Source: a virus
Lineage: Duplodnaviria > Caudoviricetes
Length of the DNA stretch: 37,919 nucleotides
Direction: 5' to 3' (one strand)
Virus record (IMG/VR): IMGVR_UViG_3300037043_000294
Span: 1-37,919 of that record
The notes under the pieces are model-generated. The model had not been told where the DNA came from. It ran no database searches and worked only from the letters and a program-made list of their open reading frames with translations. Below are positions 35,201 to 37,919 of the stretch, piece by piece. The position numbers and the translations under genes are program-made. How positions within the stretch are numbered: position 1 is the stretch's first letter; each line of letters starts with the position of its first letter.

Positions 35201-35751
35201 ACGAGTTCAATATCATGTCCGAATCAGGCAGCCAGAAGTTCTATGCCACGGGCACATCCTGCACGTTCTACACGGCGGGGCATGTTGACAACTTCCAACC
35301 CGGCTATTGCGTGACGTTCCAGAGCAGCAAGGACATCGAGACGCGGATGATCACCAGTGTATCCGGCAACACCATCTACTGGGCAGACGCGCTCAATTCC
35401 TCTTACGGCGGCTCATCCAATACGGCGTGGGCGTACACGAATCTCGCGCATATCGACGGCGTGTCGTCGCTCTCGGTGGTCACCGGCAACTTCGTGTGCG
35501 GGGACATCAACGTCACAGGCGGGGTGAACCTGTCCTGCACGTTCGTGGGATCGTCGTGTGTTGTAAACGGCAACCGCGTTCTCGGCATGATGGTCACAAC
35601 CGCAGCCGCAAAAAAGAATGCGGTGATTGGAAACATCTTCACGAACTCAAAAGCCGTGCAGCCCGGCTGGCCCAAGGCGTACCCCTTTGTCGGGAATCCC
35701 GACAACACAAATGAGATCGCGCACAACATCATCAACGGCTCTGTGATATGA
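32233..35751 (+). CDS. Tail fibre/tailspike with a right-handed beta-helix (possible depolymerase)
   Basis: N-terminal QEGVPVMDADLN baseplate-anchor motif, His-rich shaft, NPDNPQDAAT..WV fibre motif, LQLAMNAL..GG.IWIKPGIY beta-helix entry, many GN/NN ladder repeats. Confidence 0.85.
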   Translation: MTVSRDQFDETKNWTEPEWQEGVPVMDADLNLAMKIGKTGLRRAVCDFLGSGSPNDGFKLSGAATDPTIHAGGIWVAGLKIELPGNIQASAQPNAPVSFPNGNGIWFLDAVEQLLTNADDPAIRDSRLPANVETPVKVWKTDWTLRKVLGATLSTPEADHYYIGIALEAGGTLTDIRNTGMVLAGADTGFQNRTGGRPGSGHRHRDEDVDVANPNYTGDTLEEILNEIDSRIDVVQGGIGVVTPHAVSHGAGGSDQVNISNLSGQCTQAQVSPAHSGLHTASLNGGLPVSPDVNGNASIGAHLADTAIHRKNHNDLLSMQGGSPTERYHLALDLYNAASGAAGANAANPFATVGDISGVAAKFASPVQTAQNLRDVAAVNRSDKQVRLVEDKGSLYRFDDTGTGADDGDGIIAPTTGTGRWFKMSSAVPDLSTVLTKGNSAGNRKIVNLLNPDNPQDAATMGWVKNLVGAGGTNASWVVMDTSGAPGTYSDLQLAMNALGNDGGIIWIKPGIYTLSSHVTMKHNTILYGLGSMEEGLPDVMPTLVPVAGFTDYCMIQASPGNKFLNLWIKVPKNSIGISPYRYYGSRLDVEGCFIEAATTDFGSDFYATTIGIGGDWGVYGQEIMNGKIRNCVFRRLRHGIYCELNNNTVIEYNRFQGTGGFRYELAPVIYGSVNQGSNQFRATTAVVNAGLIAVGMTVGFSDGTNSDYKTVVDLVYDSMYGNYQCTVNSAFQHGYDGSPGQSFYSAPSSSGITAGDNTYETFICFNYFDGGGNGYLDINAVRDPGTNIGLLNAYIIGNTSATLFAGVDKPTVKLQTSPYSFSGGDILFLGNTFAGQIFVDGSNTVAFICCNNNIGSIDATAYEGRVIFNNNLCRGNVKLKNAATTNGNYVAGNLQVISGTTEKTLAVGNFVASGMTLAGDYSVAANNVIEDGGLSVGGKGSRASGNSVRGTLTLGFWGSATGNVIRTTKQVGISAIVPRAQIAGNACIDEFNIMSESGSQKFYATGTSCTFYTAGHVDNFQPGYCVTFQSSKDIETRMITSVSGNTIYWADALNSSYGGSSNTAWAYTNLAHIDGVSSLSVVTGNFVCGDINVTGGVNLSCTFVGSSCVVNGNRVLGMMVTTAAAKKNAVIGNIFTNSKAVQPGWPKAYPFVGNPDNTNEIAHNIINGSVI

Positions 35752-36254
35752 GCCGGAAAGGAGTTTTCATAATGAGAACGATTGAAGGAGATTTCAGCGC
35801 GGCGTACAGCGCCGCGACGGACGACTACGAGGTGGGCATCCCCAGAGTCGCCGTGACCGACCCGGAAGACGGGCAGGAAAAGACGTTCGGAGAAACAGGC
35901 GGTCTGTTCTGCCCGTTCCGCGAGCCGGGATTCCAGTTTCCGCTTCTCGCGCCGGACGCGCAACGGAAAGTGTCGAAGCCGCCCGCCATGCGCAGCCGGA
36001 TGATCTCCGGTGAAAAACCGATCTTCGCGCACGCGATGATCCTCGACCGCGGCGGTCCCGTGTGGAACGACACCATCGTGTGCAACGACCTGATCGTCAC
36101 GGAACTGACAGCCGAGGAATGCCTCGGGTTCCTGCACAAAGTGCCGACGCGGCTGCTGCAAAGCTACCGCATCGTGGAATCGGCAATTGTCCTGGAGCCG
36201 CCCGCCTCGTGGGGGGAAGACTACACGGTTCCGACATCCGAAGGAGGTGATTGA
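35748..36254 (+). CDS. Hypothetical protein, possibly fibre-associated
   Basis: ORF coupled to the tailspike stop. An alternative start at 35772 follows AGGAG. No family recognised. Confidence 0.55.
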   Translation: MSRKGVFIMRTIEGDFSAAYSAATDDYEVGIPRVAVTDPEDGQEKTFGETGGLFCPFREPGFQFPLLAPDAQRKVSKPPAMRSRMISGEKPIFAHAMILDRGGPVWNDTIVCNDLIVTELTAEECLGFLHKVPTRLLQSYRIVESAIVLEPPASWGEDYTVPTSEGGD

Positions 36255-36257
36255 ACA

Positions 36258-36659
36258 ATGGAAGCCCACAACAACCTGCTGGTGCAGCTCGGCGGCATCC
36301 TGCTCACGCTCGTCGTGACGCTGATCGGCATCTTCAAGGGTCTGGTTCCGCAACTTCTCGGCTCGTTCGAGAAACGGCTCGCGGACAAGGACACCGTGCT
36401 CGCGCAGCAGAACACGGCGCTCGACGAGGTGTGCAAGGAAAGAAAAGAGTTAACAGAGCGTTTCGTGTGTTCCCTGAAAGAGATAGTGGTTCAGAACGCA
36501 ACTTCCATGTCGGCGCTGACATCCACGCTGTCGGAGTTTCAAAAAAAGATGGCGGACGACCACTCCGTCCAGCACGAAAACCATCGCGACATTCTCGACC
36601 TGCTTCACGACCAGAAGAAACCGAAAGCCCGCGCCGTCGCGGGTTCGCGGAAATCATAA
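36258..36659 (+). CDS. Putative holin-like membrane protein
   Basis: AGGAGGTG RBS, N-terminal TM (LGGILLTLVVTLIGIF), coiled coil, basic C-terminus. Confidence 0.55.
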   Translation: MEAHNNLLVQLGGILLTLVVTLIGIFKGLVPQLLGSFEKRLADKDTVLAQQNTALDEVCKERKELTERFVCSLKEIVVQNATSMSALTSTLSEFQKKMADDHSVQHENHRDILDLLHDQKKPKARAVAGSRKS

Positions 36660-36693
36660 ATCCGGGCATCGCCCGAAAAACAGGAGGCAATAA

Positions 36694-37119
36694 ATGCATT
36701 TCACTGCAGACCAGATCATCCAGATCGTCATTGCGCTGATGCCGGTCATAATCGCGGTCATAGGGGTGGTGTTTCATCTCGGCCAGAAGGACCGCGAGGA
36801 AATCGCTCACGCATGCGATGCCACTCTCAAACGGCTCGCCACAGGTGAGATCGATTCAACACACGCGAAGGAACTTATTCTCGCCACCGGTCTCATATCG
36901 GAGAGCAAAGTCCAGAAAGTGGTCGCCGCGGTTGACGCTGTTAATTCCAAAGTCACCATCCGCAAAAAGAAAGGCGAGCCGCTCGAAGTCTTCACCGATA
37001 AACTCATCCCCGGGGTCGGCGTGACCGTGGACACCACCGGCGCGGTCAAAATCGAGCCGACCACTCTGACGAACAAAATCGGCCACAAAGTCGGCAAATG
37101 GCTCAAGAAAAAATTCTGA
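36694..37119 (+). CDS. Putative holin-like / lysis-associated membrane protein
   Basis: AGGAGG RBS, N-terminal TM (IIQIVIALMPVIIAVIGVVF), basic C-terminus. Confidence 0.5.
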   Translation: MHFTADQIIQIVIALMPVIIAVIGVVFHLGQKDREEIAHACDATLKRLATGEIDSTHAKELILATGLISESKVQKVVAAVDAVNSKVTIRKKKGEPLEVFTDKLIPGVGVTVDTTGAVKIEPTTLTNKIGHKVGKWLKKKF

Positions 37120-37133
37120 GGGAGGCGCTCCGA

Positions 37134-37919
37134 TTGAAGGTTAACGAAGCAATAGTGCATCACAGGAATTTCCACACCGCGAACTCGAAGCCGTCAACGC
37201 AGCGGGGCTACAATTATTTTTACACCACGTTCTCGCGCGAGTTCGGAGACCGCGAACTGTCGGATGTGCCCCCGGACGAAATTCTGAGCTACCTGACCAC
37301 CCTGACCTCGAACTGCAGCAGGGAAACCAAGCGTCTCCGATACGTCCAGACAAAGGCATTCTTCAATTTCTGCATCAACTGCCTGGAGGTCGGCATCCCG
37401 AACCCCTGCGCCAACAACCTGCTCTCAAAGTCTTTCCGGCATCCGAAACGCACGAAAAGAACTGTCGTCGGAAAGGAAGCCGTGGACGAGGTGATTTTCC
37501 GCTGTGAAAACGAGAGGGACCGGATCATGCTCGAGCTGATGGCGCGGTCGGGTCTGCGGATCGGGGAAGTCCTCAAAATGCGGCCATGTGACATTGAAGG
37601 GCGCAAGATCACCCTCGAAGCCCCGAAGAGCGGCAAGGACATCGAGTATGCCTACATGACCGAGTCCACCGCCGACAGGCTGGCCAAGCACGTCAAGGAA
37701 AAAGGCTTCGCGCCGGAAGCCAGAATCTTCAATCTCAGCTATTCCGGGGCCCGGTTCGTGGTGAAAAAAGCTGGCGACCGCGCCGATGTGAATATCAAGC
37801 CGCACGACTTTCGCCGCCATGCCGCCACTTACGCAAGCCGCATGGGCCTGCCCCTCGAGGTGGTCAGCAAGGTGCTCCTTCGGCATGCCAACCTTTCAAC
37901 CACGCAGATTTACTTGGGC
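37134..37919 (+). CDS. Tyrosine recombinase, 3'-partial (nearly complete), runs off the right edge
   Basis: Not in the ORF track. TTG at 37134 after GGAGG, 262 open codons: RDRIMLELMARSGLRIGEVL, PKSG, PHDFRRHAATY, LLRHANLSTTQIYLG (R-K-H-R-H-Y catalytic set). Confidence 0.93.
   Translation, partial: MKVNEAIVHHRNFHTANSKPSTQRGYNYFYTTFSREFGDRELSDVPPDEILSYLTTLTSNCSRETKRLRYVQTKAFFNFCINCLEVGIPNPCANNLLSKSFRHPKRTKRTVVGKEAVDEVIFRCENERDRIMLELMARSGLRIGEVLKMRPCDIEGRKITLEAPKSGKDIEYAYMTESTADRLAKHVKEKGFAPEARIFNLSYSGARFVVKKAGDRADVNIKPHDFRRHAATYASRMGLPLEVVSKVLLRHANLSTTQIYLG

Noticed and set aside
36660-36682. Hairpin CGGGC-ATC-GCCCG as a terminator
   Set aside because: Short stem with no downstream U-tract on either strand.

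Overview
This window is the virion-assembly (late) region of a GC-rich, contractile-tailed (myovirus-type) phage or prophage, almost all on the + strand. Gene order: terminase large subunit, DUF1599-like gene, portal, a giant MuF minor-head protein, a 1284-aa protease/scaffold protein, capsid, neck, sheath, tube, baseplate, fibres/tailspike, amidase and holin-like genes. Partial tyrosine recombinase genes, both absent from the ORF track, run off each edge. The most unusual part is the head module, where enzymes are fused onto capsid-assembly proteins. (i) MuF is fused to five SAP/HeH-like repeats, a HipA/PI3K-like kinase and a probable DarT-like ADP-ribosyltransferase, and is followed by two coupled candidate antidote genes. 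(ii) Two tandem DNA adenine methyltransferases are fused N-terminally to the prohead protease/scaffold, which also has a nested scaffold start. This may be a virion-packaged DNA-modification or effector system. Other points: a group II intron with matching EBS/IBS pairs interrupts the tail tube gene; a tandem-motif plus terminator RNA element occurs twice, 17 kb apart (candidate antitermination switch, one copy behind a DUF2292-like micro-ORF); no tape-measure gene is present, apparently because a deletion fused a gp26-like gene to a LysM/gpX-like C-terminus; and the baseplate hub gene is split. All family assignments come from motif recognition by eye; no database searches were run.
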